Assembly (NCBI GenBank): GCA_045605805.1
Contig: JAZUQR010000010.1
Coordinates: 1 to 64,000 of the forward strand
Direction of reading: 5' to 3'
DNA from: Alphaproteobacteria bacterium
GTDB lineage: Bacteria; Pseudomonadota; Alphaproteobacteria; CAAHEQ01; UBA3637
DNA length: 64,000 bases
Part shown: positions 15,880 through 28,720 of the stretch, one piece after another
How positions within the stretch are numbered: the first letter of the stretch is position 1
Layout of the letters: every line of letters starts with the position of its first letter
The notes under the pieces: generated by a model
Told to the model about the DNA's origin: nothing
The model's database searches: none
What the model saw: only the letters and a program-made list of their open reading frames with translations
Program-made: the position numbers and the translations under genes

Positions 15880-17403
15880 TTACCTTTCAATCAAAGAAGT
15901 GCCTGTCATTTCTTTTGGTTGTGGTATATGCATTAAATCCAACAATGTTGGAGCAACATCCGCCAAACACCCTTCTTTTAAGCCTTTCACGCCTTCCCCA
16001 TTCACAAGAACAGCTTGAACCGGTGTGGCGGTGTGGGCTGTTTTCGGGGCCCCATTGTCATCCACCATATCTTCGGCATTTCCATGATCGGCCGTAATAA
16101 ACACAGCTCCGCCTTTTTCGGTGACAGCCTGAACCACACGCCCCACACACTTATCCACTGTTTCAACAGCTTTTATGGCGGCCGGAATGATGCCTGTATG
16201 TCCCACCATATCTGTGTTGGCATAGTTCACGATGATGACATCAAACTTATCTGATTCAATGGCTTCAACCAATTTGTCCGTCACTTCAACAGCCGACATT
16301 TCTGGCTGTAAATCATAGGTTGCCACTTTGGGACTTGGCACCAAAATGCGTTCTTCATTTGGAAACAGTGTTTCTTGCCCGCCATTAAAGAAGAAGGTGA
16401 CATGAGCATACTTTTCCGTTTCGGCAATGCGCAGTTGCTTTAAGCCCGCATCCGCAATGACTTTCCCAAAAATGTTTTCCAGTTTTTCCGGTGGGAACAG
16501 AATGTTCATCCATTGGGTATGTTCGGAAGAATACTCTGTCATTGCAACTGCATCCGCAAATTGAATCACACGAGAACGAGGTGCCAAATCAAAATCCGGT
16601 TGCAACATCATTTTTGTGATTTCTCTGGCACGGTCGGTGCGATAATTGGCCATCATCACCGCATCCCCATCTTTCATCCCTTGATAGGACCCAATGACAC
16701 ACGGTATAACAAACTCGTCATAAACTTTTTCATCATAGCTTGACTGAATGGCTTGTTCGGCCGTTTCAAAGCGGGGGCCCATGCCGTTCACAATGGCTTC
16801 ATAGGCTTTTGTCACACGATCCCAACGGTTGTCTCTGTCCATTCCATAATACCGCCCACCAATTGTGGCAATTTTCACATTTGGCATTGTTTGAATATCT
16901 GCTGATAATTCAGCAACAAACTCTTTGGCAGAGTCCGGTGGCGTATCTCGTCCATCCAAAAAGCCATGGATAGCCACTTGAACCCCCGCCTCATTCAAAA
17001 TGCGACTGAGTGCCACCACATGGCGTTGCATCGCATGCACGCCACCATTGCCCAACAGGCTCATTAAATGGCAAACACCCTTTGTTTCTTTTAATTTTGA
17101 AATCAAATTGACCAAAACGGCATTTTTTTCTAATTCGTGATTTTTAATGGCATTATCTATACGTGGTAAATCTTGAAACACCACACGCCCTGCCCCCAGA
17201 TTCATATGCCCAACTTCTGAATTTCCCATTTGTCCATCCGGCAAACCAACAAAAGCACCGGATGTTTGCAACATTGTGCATGGGTACTGTTCAATCAATT
17301 TATGCCACACAGGGGATTGCCCCATTTCAATGGCGTTATTTTCTTTCTGGGGGTTATAGCCCCATCCATCCAAAATACATAAAACAACTGGTTTCTGTGT
17401 CAT
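15880..17403 (-). CDS. gpmI: 2,3-bisphosphoglycerate-independent phosphoglycerate mutase
   Basis: LCILDGWG, GQMGNSEVGH, AETEKYAHVTFF, DMVGHTG, TADHGNAE. Confidence 0.97.
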   Translation of the reverse strand: MTQKPVVLCILDGWGYNPQKENNAIEMGQSPVWHKLIEQYPCTMLQTSGAFVGLPDGQMGNSEVGHMNLGAGRVVFQDLPRIDNAIKNHELEKNAVLVNLISKLKETKGVCHLMSLLGNGGVHAMQRHVVALSRILNEAGVQVAIHGFLDGRDTPPDSAKEFVAELSADIQTMPNVKIATIGGRYYGMDRDNRWDRVTKAYEAIVNGMGPRFETAEQAIQSSYDEKVYDEFVIPCVIGSYQGMKDGDAVMMANYRTDRAREITKMMLQPDFDLAPRSRVIQFADAVAMTEYSSEHTQWMNILFPPEKLENIFGKVIADAGLKQLRIAETEKYAHVTFFFNGGQETLFPNEERILVPSPKVATYDLQPEMSAVEVTDKLVEAIESDKFDVIIVNYANTDMVGHTGIIPAAIKAVETVDKCVGRVVQAVTEKGGAVFITADHGNAEDMVDDNGAPKTAHTATPVQAVLVNGEGVKGLKEGCLADVAPTLLDLMHIPQPKEMTGTSLIER

Positions 17404-17547
17404 TTTTTTCCTCTTTTCCTGTTTCTTTAATACAATGATGTAATAAGTATAGTCAAAAAAATGAAAAAAGTGTATCTTTTTTTGAAAAAAAGCGTGCTTT
17501 TTGTTAAAAAATTTTGTAAAGTTATAGAAACAGATAAAGGAGGTCAA

Positions 17548-18357
17548 ATGTCACTGTTGCAAAAAATCTTCGGTCGCAAACAAAAACCGATTACAGTACA
17601 AGAACTGCGAAATGCATTACATAATAACGAACTTACTTTTTATTATCAACCAGAGTGGGAATTGAAAACGAATCGCCTTATCGGACTTGAAGCCTTGATG
17701 CGTTGGGAAAGTCCTACACGAGGGATTGTGCCACCTTTGGCCTTTATTCCCATTTTGGAAAAACATGGTGCTATTTCCGAATTCACCGAGTTTTTATTAA
17801 ACAAAACTTTATCGGATTTGACACAGATTCATGCTTTTAATCCAGATTGTTTTGTGTCTATCAATCTGTCCATTCAACAATTACAACAAAAAAACTTGAT
17901 TCAACTGGTGCAAAATGCCTTGCAACAAAACAACCTTTTACCAAAGCATTTGGAAATTGAATTGACAGAATCCGAAGAATTGACGGATGATATCTTAGAT
18001 AATGGCGTTTTGCAAGAGTTTGCCAAAATGCAACTGCCTGTTTCTATTGATGATTTTGGCACAGGTTATTCTTCCTTTGAACGCCTTAAAAAACTAAACA
18101 TTTCCAAACTTAAAATTGATATTTCTTTCATTCAATCTTTGGATAAAGATGATAAAAACAAGGCCATTGTTTCTTCTATCATCAAGCTGGGCCACGATTT
18201 GGGATTTCCTGTGTTGGCTGAGGGGGTGGAAACAACATCACAACAATCATGGTTAAAAGACAATGGTTGTGATTATGCTCAGGGTTTTTGGTACTCTCGG
18301 GCCTTGCCTTTGGATCAATTGAAAGAGTTTTTGAAGGAAAAGAAAGACATTACTTAA
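17548..18357 (+). CDS. Stand-alone EAL-domain c-di-GMP phosphodiesterase
   Basis: YQP, LEALMRW, SINLS, EIELTES, IDDFGTGYSS, LKID, AEGVET, AQGF; GGAGG RBS. Confidence 0.92.
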   Translation: MSLLQKIFGRKQKPITVQELRNALHNNELTFYYQPEWELKTNRLIGLEALMRWESPTRGIVPPLAFIPILEKHGAISEFTEFLLNKTLSDLTQIHAFNPDCFVSINLSIQQLQQKNLIQLVQNALQQNNLLPKHLEIELTESEELTDDILDNGVLQEFAKMQLPVSIDDFGTGYSSFERLKKLNISKLKIDISFIQSLDKDDKNKAIVSSIIKLGHDLGFPVLAEGVETTSQQSWLKDNGCDYAQGFWYSRALPLDQLKEFLKEKKDIT

Positions 18358-18442
18358 AAAAAATATGCTTTTTTTGAAAAAAGTGATTGCAAAATAATTT
18401 TTTTTCGCTTATATTCAAGTTGTTGAGAAAAGGAGTATTACC

Positions 18443-18730
18443 ATGACACACGAAATCAACGAAGAAAATATCCGTGTTGCTGCCTATTATATATGGGAGC
18501 AAGCCGGACGCCCAGAAGGCAAAGATAAGGAGTGTTGGATTCAGGCTTGTGAACAATTGTTTGCCCCAAAAGCACCAAAAAAATGTGCCAAAAAGGTGGC
18601 TAAACCTGTTGTGAAAGCCGAAAAAGAAGAACCCAAGAAAAAGGTTGCGGCAAAGCCTGTTGTAAAGGCAGCCGTTGCTCCCAAGGCTCCTGTTAAAAAA
18701 GCCTGCGCTAAAAAGGGTTGTAAAAAATAA
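18443..18730 (+). CDS. DUF2934-domain protein with Lys/Ala/Pro-rich histone H1-like tail
   Basis: IRVAAYYIWEQAGRPEGKDKECWIQA followed by KKVAKPVVKA-type repeats; AAGGAG RBS. Confidence 0.8.
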   Translation: MTHEINEENIRVAAYYIWEQAGRPEGKDKECWIQACEQLFAPKAPKKCAKKVAKPVVKAEKEEPKKKVAAKPVVKAAVAPKAPVKKACAKKGCKK

Positions 18731-18760
18731 AATTTCTTTTTAAGGGTTAAAAAAAGAAAG

Positions 18761-18793
18761 AAAACGGAAAGACAACACTTTCCGTTTTTTTTT
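18761..18793. terminator. Bidirectional terminator
   Basis: AAAACGGAAAG-ACAACA-CTTTCCGTTTT. Confidence 0.75.
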
Positions 18794-18810
18794 GATTCTT
18801 CGCTCCTCTT

Positions 18811-19176
18811 TTACAAATACTGTGCCAAATCTGCTTTGATATCCGTCATCTCTTGAACCAATGTCTGGACAGCCCCATTCACTTGTGCTTCATTATTTGA
18901 CAGTGTTTTTTCTTGGATTAGTTCCTTTTCGGATTTATCCGAGCCTCGTAATTTTTTTTGAACCCCTTTAATTGTCAACAAATCTTTGTACAAATAATCC
19001 CGTATTTTGGAAATCAAAACAATGTCTTCCGATTGATAATAGCGACGCCCCATACGCTTGGTTGGTTTGATTTGCGAAAACTGTGTTTCCCAAAACCGTA
19101 ATACAGACGGTTGAACCTGTAATAACTCTGCCACTTCTGTAATTGTGCGATATGCGTGTTCAGATTTCATTCTCAA
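18811..19176 (-). CDS. MerR-family transcriptional regulator (ihfA-linked)
   Basis: AYRTITEVAELLQV..VLRFWETQF..IKP..RRYY; usual position after ihfA. Confidence 0.9.
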   Translation of the reverse strand: MRMKSEHAYRTITEVAELLQVQPSVLRFWETQFSQIKPTKRMGRRYYQSEDIVLISKIRDYLYKDLLTIKGVQKKLRGSDKSEKELIQEKTLSNNEAQVNGAVQTLVQEMTDIKADLAQYL

Positions 19177-19179
19177 TCC

Positions 19180-19467
19180 TTATTTTAAGGCATTTTTCAA
19201 GTAGTTTGAGGGTTTGAATGACAACACTGTACGGGCGGTGATGGCATGTTCTTTTCCTGTTTTAGGATTACGACCAACCCGTTCGGCTTTTTTATGTGGA
19301 ATAAAAGATGCAAAACGGGCAATTTTTACTTCCTCTCCCCGTTCAAATGCCTGTATGACATAAGACAATGTCTTGTCAATCAACTTAAAAGAATCGGCAT
19401 AGGAAAACCCCAGCTCTTGATACAAAGTTTCAGCAATATCTGCTCGTGTAATTGTTTTTTGTGTCAT
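19180..19467 (-). CDS. ihfA: Integration host factor subunit alpha
   Basis: TITRADIAE, ERVGRNPKTG, VLSFKPS; between plsX and MerR. Confidence 0.88.
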   Translation of the reverse strand: MTQKTITRADIAETLYQELGFSYADSFKLIDKTLSYVIQAFERGEEVKIARFASFIPHKKAERVGRNPKTGKEHAITARTVLSFKPSNYLKNALK

Positions 19468-19551
19468 TTTCTACCTCTCATTTTATCTCATATATCATGC
19501 CACACTTGTCCACAATATGCAAGTGGTTATTTTATGTTTTTAATTTATTTT

Positions 19552-20598
19552 TTAAGGAGCTGTGGTATCATTCAAGCCAGACAGATTTAAGAACGAGGTC
19601 ATTTCTTTTTTGATTTTTTCACACAAATCATTTTTGGCCATACGAGCCGTTGCATCTATGGCACAAGAAAATGAATAGGCATCCGCACTGCCATGACTTT
19701 TTACAGAAATACCATTCAATCCAACAAACATTGCCCCATTGTATTTGCGTGGATCAGCTTTTTCTTTGAATCTTTTTAATGCCCCCGAAGCGATTCCAAA
19801 ACCCAACATACCCAGCAAGGACTTTTTCACTTCTTTTTTTAAGCTGCCTGATATAAACTTTGCCGTTCCTTCCAATGTTTTTAAGGCTATATTTCCCGAA
19901 AAACCATCCGATACGAACACTTGGGCGTTGCCCATGGCAATATCATTTCCTTCCACAAATCCTTTGAAGTTCAAACGATCGCCATATTCTTTTAACTGGC
20001 TTGCCGCTTCTTTGATTTCTTCACGGCCTTTTGTTTCTTCCGATCCGATATTCAATAAGCCGATGACAGGGTGTTCTTCGTTGAACAAAACTTTATATAA
20101 AACATCGCCCATAATGGCAAATTCAACCAAATTTTGTGCATCACATTCGGCATTTGCCCCCAAATCTAAACACACAATATCCCCATTCGCAGAAGGTAAA
20201 ACCGCCGCAATGGCCGGCCGATCAACACCAGGGATTGTCCCAAGACAGATTTTACTCATCGCCATTAAGGCCCCTGTATTGCCGGCTGAAACAACCGCTT
20301 TGGCATAGCCATTACGCACCGCCATTATCGCTTGCCACATACTGGATTCACGCCCCGCACGAATTGCTTGCGAAGGTTTATCGGTTGCTTTCACAACCTG
20401 TGTTGTATGATGGATTTTATAACATCCCTGTGGTAATCCAACTTCTTGAACCAGAGGCATCAAAACTTCTTCGTTACCAAACAAAAAGAAAAATAAATCT
20501 TTATGTTTTTTGGCCGCCAAAGCAACCCCTTCTAACACTGAACGTGGTGCAAAATCACCACCCATTGCATCAATGGAAATAACGGTTTGTTTCTCCAT
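19552..20598 (-). CDS. plsX: Phosphate acyltransferase PlsX
   Basis: IDAMGGDFAP, VSAGNTGALM, LDLGANAE, LLNIGSEETKG, VKSHGS. Confidence 0.97.
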   Translation of the reverse strand: MEKQTVISIDAMGGDFAPRSVLEGVALAAKKHKDLFFFLFGNEEVLMPLVQEVGLPQGCYKIHHTTQVVKATDKPSQAIRAGRESSMWQAIMAVRNGYAKAVVSAGNTGALMAMSKICLGTIPGVDRPAIAAVLPSANGDIVCLDLGANAECDAQNLVEFAIMGDVLYKVLFNEEHPVIGLLNIGSEETKGREEIKEAASQLKEYGDRLNFKGFVEGNDIAMGNAQVFVSDGFSGNIALKTLEGTAKFISGSLKKEVKKSLLGMLGFGIASGALKRFKEKADPRKYNGAMFVGLNGISVKSHGSADAYSFSCAIDATARMAKNDLCEKIKKEMTSFLNLSGLNDTTAP

Positions 20599-20629
20599 TT
20601 GACACCCCCTTTGGTTTTGTTATGTTGAA

Positions 20630-20812
20630 TTACTTGGCTTTTTTAACTAAAACTTCTTTTTTGTTATATGTGCCACAGGCTTCGCACACATGGTGTGGAC
20701 GAACCAATTCGCCACATTTTGGACATTCTGTATAAGAACTTGCAGCCAAACCATCATGAGAACGACGCATATCACGTTTAGATTTAGATGTTTTTTTCTT
20801 AGGTGTTGCCAT
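20630..20812 (-). CDS. rpmF: 50S ribosomal protein L32 (Zn-ribbon type)
   Basis: [24 protein letters not shown]...HHVCEACG. Confidence 0.97.
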   Translation of the reverse strand: MATPKKKTSKSKRDMRRSHDGLAASSYTECPKCGELVRPHHVCEACGTYNKKEVLVKKAK

Positions 20813-20911
20813 TTTATACTCTCTTCAAAAATTGTTAAACATAATTTTATGTTCTATATTTATACACGATTTTTATTTTTTTTGCAAGCCTTTTTTGCTT
20901 CATTTGTTGAT

Positions 20912-23545
20912 TTAGTTTCCAAATAAGGCATTTTGCCTTTGCTGAATGTCCTTTGGCAGAGGTTGTTTGGACAGCGGTCGGAAAATGGATGCCGGCAACT
21001 CAACTTTGTTCAATTGCACATCCTTTGTTGTTCTTGATGGCAGCAAACGCCCATTCAACACCAATTGCATAATCCGATTGTTATCCAAGATAATTTGGCC
21101 ATTTCGGATGAAATAATTATCCTCTTTCCCAAAAATATCATTATATCCTTCCCCATCCCGCTTTAACAAGACATTTTGCATTTTCAGTGTTATGTTCGGA
21201 ATGGACAGTTTATTCTCTTGAATAGACAAAGGAATGGATATATTGGCTGTACCGGCTGTTGGTTTCAGACCATTCAATTTTACAGCTCGTTCAAATTGTT
21301 CGGGTGTCATCGGATCAATGTTTTTCATATATACCAACAAATTAGCCCCTTTCGTTGGAATCACCGTTGCCGGCACAGACAATGGGATACCGCCCCCAAC
21401 AAGCGACATATTATTGATGCGTATTGTATCATTTTTGAATTGAACAAACATATCAATATCCTGGAAGGGAATCACCCCATCAATGGATTGTATTGTTAAA
21501 TGTTGATCTTTTTGAATCACAAATGGCAGTAAACTATCCACTGTTAAGACAGAATTCACACCAGAAACTGTCACACCTCTCGTATCAAACGACACATCTT
21601 TTAATCCAATGTAGAGTGGTCCTTGAATATTATGGGCTGAGGACCAATTTATTTTTCCATATACTGCCATTTTTCCAGACAAATTGCGTACAGAAGATGG
21701 AATATCTGGCCACAATTGTGTCGGGCTTACTGTCAATTCGGATAAATTGAAAGGTGGTATTTTAATTTGCCCTTCAAATGTTTTTTGTTGTGGCTTAAAA
21801 TATCCTTGAATGATTAAAGAAATGGGTGTGCCATTAAAGGCCATTTTGGCTTCGGATTGTTGCCCTAACATTGTTAAGGACAATTCAAACGGATGGGACA
21901 GCAATGGCAAATCAGGCAAACGAACCTCTTGGGCAAACATTGTAAAACTAGCCGTTTGATCCAAAAGGTTATTTGCTTTAATTTCCCCTTTTTCAAATAA
22001 TAAATTCGGGGAATTAAACTTTAATTCTTTTGCCAATACAGAAAGTCTGCTTGCTTTTTCAATTCCTTCAAAAATATCACCTGATATCGTTAAATCTGCC
22101 ACTTCAACATTTATTTTGTTTTCTGTATTGAGTGTTTTGCCTTCATATATCAGATTATTGATTGGCAATGAGAAACTTAACCAAGGGTTGCCCTCTTTCA
22201 ATATAAGGGCTTTTTCTTGTGGCATCAATTTTAATTGAACAATCTCTGTGTTCACAAGCCATTCGTTTTCGTAAACAAATCCCACATCCTTGATGGTGAT
22301 ATTTGCTTCTTGTTTCACATCTCCCACACAGTTAAAACCGTTTTCACAAACCAAATCCATTTTTAGGGGCGCACTCAACTCGGTCACATCAAATGTATTG
22401 CCATACAGTTTTGGTATTTTTACATAAAATTGACCCCATGTCTTAAATGTTGTTGCATTTATAAACGACAGGTGTTCTATATCAAACGCCACTTGACTGG
22501 ACAAGTCTGGCTCGGTTAAATTATTTTTTTGCCACAATATCTGGGCCATAAAATCATTTTCATCCACACTGTTTAACTTGGCAACAATGTTCTTTTCAAT
22601 TGTCCCATAACCCATTTGAAAATCAGCTTGGACTTGTTTGATTTGCTGCTTTTCCATATTCAACCTTAACACACCTTTAATGTTTTCAGGTGAAGAGCGT
22701 GGCAAGGTGATGGAACCTTTTGCAATCGTTAAAATCCATTCGGGATTTTCACTTGAACCATCTGTCGTTAAAGTAGCCTGCACTTGCAAGGATGGTTCTT
22801 CCAATGTTAAAGGCATAACAATTTGCATCTTTGAGCCGTAAATTGCCTCCATTGAAAAAGTGATGGGGATTTCTTTTTGTGGGGTGCGCACAATCAACTT
22901 AGCATTACTGATTGTTAAAGCATTGATATCCATATCCAGACGATTTTGTGTTGGATTTTGAATTTGCGACAAAATCTTTGGCAATTCGTTTATGATATTG
23001 ACATCTGAGTTTGTATCCAGATAAACACGCAATCCATCCAACTCAACAAAACGAATCCGCTTTTGCAACAAATCGGCAAATGTAGAATAAATCACAATAT
23101 TATTCACCGAATAGCTGTTATCTTTTGCTGTTAGATGATTCACAATAATCCGGTCCATTCCAAATTCGGCACTTTCGTATTGTACTTCACGTTCACGCAA
23201 TTGGTCTTCCAGATAAATCGGCAATTGAAGACGATTATACACAGCAAAAATCACAATCAAGATGCCACTGAAATACAAAAGCGACATAAACACTGTCCAC
23301 AAAACGCTTAAAACCCGAAAAACAGGTTCATAGGTTCGCCTTAATGCATCCATATAAAGGGCGGCACGCATAAACAGAACCACAAGCTCCATTACAAGAG
23401 ATTGCTTTTTTTTCACTTCAACCAGAACATCTTTATCTTCGCCGGCAATTTGATTATACAAATCCGAACTTTGTGCAGATGGTCTTGCCGACATAGGGTC
23501 GGTTCCATAGGGTTGTTGTGTATCCATATTATTTTCTTGTGGCAC
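20912..23545 (-). CDS. YdbH/AsmA-like intermembrane lipid-transfer protein (putative)
   Basis: N-terminal TM anchor then ~770 aa beta-rich region; QHLTIQSIDGVIPF resembles the YdbH C-terminal region. Confidence 0.55.
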   Translation of the reverse strand: MPQENNMDTQQPYGTDPMSARPSAQSSDLYNQIAGEDKDVLVEVKKKQSLVMELVVLFMRAALYMDALRRTYEPVFRVLSVLWTVFMSLLYFSGILIVIFAVYNRLQLPIYLEDQLREREVQYESAEFGMDRIIVNHLTAKDNSYSVNNIVIYSTFADLLQKRIRFVELDGLRVYLDTNSDVNIINELPKILSQIQNPTQNRLDMDINALTISNAKLIVRTPQKEIPITFSMEAIYGSKMQIVMPLTLEEPSLQVQATLTTDGSSENPEWILTIAKGSITLPRSSPENIKGVLRLNMEKQQIKQVQADFQMGYGTIEKNIVAKLNSVDENDFMAQILWQKNNLTEPDLSSQVAFDIEHLSFINATTFKTWGQFYVKIPKLYGNTFDVTELSAPLKMDLVCENGFNCVGDVKQEANITIKDVGFVYENEWLVNTEIVQLKLMPQEKALILKEGNPWLSFSLPINNLIYEGKTLNTENKINVEVADLTISGDIFEGIEKASRLSVLAKELKFNSPNLLFEKGEIKANNLLDQTASFTMFAQEVRLPDLPLLSHPFELSLTMLGQQSEAKMAFNGTPISLIIQGYFKPQQKTFEGQIKIPPFNLSELTVSPTQLWPDIPSSVRNLSGKMAVYGKINWSSAHNIQGPLYIGLKDVSFDTRGVTVSGVNSVLTVDSLLPFVIQKDQHLTIQSIDGVIPFQDIDMFVQFKNDTIRINNMSLVGGGIPLSVPATVIPTKGANLLVYMKNIDPMTPEQFERAVKLNGLKPTAGTANISIPLSIQENKLSIPNITLKMQNVLLKRDGEGYNDIFGKEDNYFIRNGQIILDNNRIMQLVLNGRLLPSRTTKDVQLNKVELPASIFRPLSKQPLPKDIQQRQNALFGN

Positions 23546-23577
23546 TTTATGCCTCCCTCTTTTCGCAAAGAATAACT

Positions 23578-26149
<2,572 letters not shown>

Positions 26150-27808
26150 TCAGCTTTTCAACAATTCTTTGGCCACTTCCCGAGAAGTATCGGTGACTGT
26201 TGCCCCAGACACAAGGCGTGCAATTTCTTCCAATCGGCCGGCTTTATCCAGTTGATGTACATTTGTCACTGTTTGATTTTCTGTATCCGTTTTTTGAACC
26301 AGATAATGATGGTTGCCAAAGCCCGCCACCTGAGGAGAATGGGTAATCACCAAAATCTGATGATGCTTTGCCAAGCGGGCCAGCCTTTCCCCCACCGCTG
26401 CGGCCGTTGCCCCAGAAATGCCTGTATCAATTTCATCAAAAATCAAAGTGGTTTGATTGTCTTGTGACAAATTGACTTTTAAGGCCAACATAAAACGAGA
26501 CAACTCACCGCCCGAAGCACATTTATGAATGGCATTCAAATCTGCCCCTTTATTGGTGGCGGCCGTGAACAATACTTCGTTCAAGCCGGTTTTATTGCCG
26601 GCATCCAGATTTAAGTCTTTGACATCCGTTTTGAAAACGGCTTTTTCCAACTTCAAATCCGGCAATTCCTTCATCACCGCTTTATCCAACTCTGCGGCCG
26701 CTTTATGACGCATATCCGACAGCTTTTGTGCCAAACGATGATATTCCTGTTTTAATTTTTCCGCTTCTTTTTTCAGTTCTGCCAACTGGTGCGTGCCATG
26801 TTCGGCCGAAGACAACTTTTGACGCACCTGTTCGGTAAAGGCAGGCAATTCGGCAATTGTAATCCGATATTTTCTGGCCATATCTCGCAATGCAAACAGC
26901 CGATCATCTATACTGGGCAATTCAGAGGTATCCCCCAAATCGTTCAAAGTATGCTCTAAATCGGAGGTTAAATCCGACAAAATATCTTGCGCTTCGGACA
27001 AGGCTTTTAATTCGTTTTCAAAGCGACCACCGGTCACTTTATCCGCATTCATCAGTTGATTATCTATTTTGCCCATCAAGCGCAAAACACCCAATTCTTC
27101 TTCGGACAAAATCTCGCAAGCGTTTTTGACATTTTCTATAATATGTTCGGCATTTATCAATTCTGTGCGTCTTTTTATCAATTTTTCTTCTTCGTCCGCT
27201 TTGGGATTTAAGGCTTCCAACGCCTGCAAATCAGAACGCAAAAAATCTTCTTCTGCCACTTGCTGGGCCAAGTCCCGTTCAAAATCCAAAGCTGTTTGAT
27301 TGGCCTGTTGATATTTTTCCCAAGCTGCTTCCACTTGTTTTTTTTGTGCTTTCAAATTGCCAAATGCATCCAAAGTATCCAGATGTGTGGATGGATTTAA
27401 CAAAGCGTGTGAGGCAAATTGACCATGTATTTCTATCAAAGTATCACCAATGGCTTTTAACAGGGCAACGCTTACCGGTTGATCACAGATAAAGGCCTTT
27501 GTTTTTCCTTCTTTGGTTAAGGTTCTTCTTAAAACCAAATCGTCTTCATACGCCAACCCTTGTTCATTTAACAAGGCAAAGGCAGGATGATTTTTGGGCA
27601 GGTTGAAAGTGGCACTAACCACCGTTTGTGCTTCGCCTTTTTGCACAAAGCGTGTGTCGGCCCTTGCCCCCAAAACAAGGGAGAGTGCATCCAACAAAAT
27701 GGACTTGCCTGCACCCGTTTCTCCGGTAAAGACACCCAACCCCTTATCAAACGACAAGTGCAAGCTGTCAATTAAAACAAAATGTTGGATAGCCAACGCT
27801 GTCAGCAT
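26150..27808 (-). CDS. recN: DNA repair protein RecN
   Basis: TGETGAGKS, EIHGQ, ASGGELSRFMLALK, IFDEIDTG, ITHSPQVA. Confidence 0.97.
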   Translation of the reverse strand: MLTALAIQHFVLIDSLHLSFDKGLGVFTGETGAGKSILLDALSLVLGARADTRFVQKGEAQTVVSATFNLPKNHPAFALLNEQGLAYEDDLVLRRTLTKEGKTKAFICDQPVSVALLKAIGDTLIEIHGQFASHALLNPSTHLDTLDAFGNLKAQKKQVEAAWEKYQQANQTALDFERDLAQQVAEEDFLRSDLQALEALNPKADEEEKLIKRRTELINAEHIIENVKNACEILSEEELGVLRLMGKIDNQLMNADKVTGGRFENELKALSEAQDILSDLTSDLEHTLNDLGDTSELPSIDDRLFALRDMARKYRITIAELPAFTEQVRQKLSSAEHGTHQLAELKKEAEKLKQEYHRLAQKLSDMRHKAAAELDKAVMKELPDLKLEKAVFKTDVKDLNLDAGNKTGLNEVLFTAATNKGADLNAIHKCASGGELSRFMLALKVNLSQDNQTTLIFDEIDTGISGATAAAVGERLARLAKHHQILVITHSPQVAGFGNHHYLVQKTDTENQTVTNVHQLDKAGRLEEIARLVSGATVTDTSREVAKELLKS

Positions 27809-27811
27809 CAA

Positions 27812-28537
27812 TTACTCCACCAATTTCAAGGTTCTTTTTGTCCAAACATCGTTTTCAAATTTTTGTGATAATTTATCGGCAATTTGTTTTGCCTGAGTTG
27901 TCATCCCCAAGGCCTGATACGAGGCTGCCAAACGATAGTACGCCTCGGGCACCTGATTGGAATCCGGATAGTTTATCAACACGCTTTGAAACCGATTCAT
28001 GGCGGCCGTAAAATCATGGCGTTTTTGATAATAGCGACCGATTTCCATTTCCTGACCCGCCAAATGATTTTTAATCATTACCAATTTTGCTTTGGCATCA
28101 TTATAATAAATGGAAGCCGGATAACGCACCGTCAATTCTTTGAAAGTTGCTTCGGCATTGGCGGTCATTTCCTGTTCCCTTGACGGATCGGCAATTTGTT
28201 CATAATAACACAGGCCCTTTAAGTACAGCGCATACGGTGTGTTTTTATTCCCGGGGTGTAATTGGATAAAGCGTTCCAATGTCAACAAAGCATCCGCATA
28301 TTCATTTTGTTTATATTGCGAATAAGCCATCATAATTTGCGCTTTATCGGCCCATTCCGAAAACGGAAAGTTTTGTTCCACCGCATCAAACGATTTGGCA
28401 GCCAATTCATAATCGGTTTTTTGGAAGGCTTTGTATCCTTGAAGATAGTATTCTTCGGCCGTTTCAGGTTCATGAGATACGACACCGGCACAGGCCGACA
28501 AAAATCCACACAATAAAAACATCCACACCTGTTTCAT
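27812..28537 (-). CDS. bamD: Outer membrane protein assembly factor BamD
   Basis: Lipobox LSAC, TPRs, ERFIQLHP, HLAGQEMEIGRYY; bamD-recN synteny. Confidence 0.93.
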   Translation of the reverse strand: MKQVWMFLLCGFLSACAGVVSHEPETAEEYYLQGYKAFQKTDYELAAKSFDAVEQNFPFSEWADKAQIMMAYSQYKQNEYADALLTLERFIQLHPGNKNTPYALYLKGLCYYEQIADPSREQEMTANAEATFKELTVRYPASIYYNDAKAKLVMIKNHLAGQEMEIGRYYQKRHDFTAAMNRFQSVLINYPDSNQVPEAYYRLAASYQALGMTTQAKQIADKLSQKFENDVWTKRTLKLVE

Positions 28538-28720
28538 TTTTTTTCCTTTCGTTTTGTTTATATTAGAACAAAATCCATCAAAAGGCAATTACTTTTTTAT
28601 TTGGTATAACTTAGGGCAAATATCTTGCTTTTTTTTGAACGGAACGATAAAAAAACTTGCTTTTTTGTTTTGAACTGGGTACAATCTTTTTATAAGTTTA
28701 ATTTAACGAAAGGATTGAAT

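Noticed and set aside
15880-17547. Apparent head-to-head overlap of gpmI and the EAL gene in the ORF track
   Set aside because: Artefact of upstream alternative starts; the likely starts (17403 and 17548) do not overlap.
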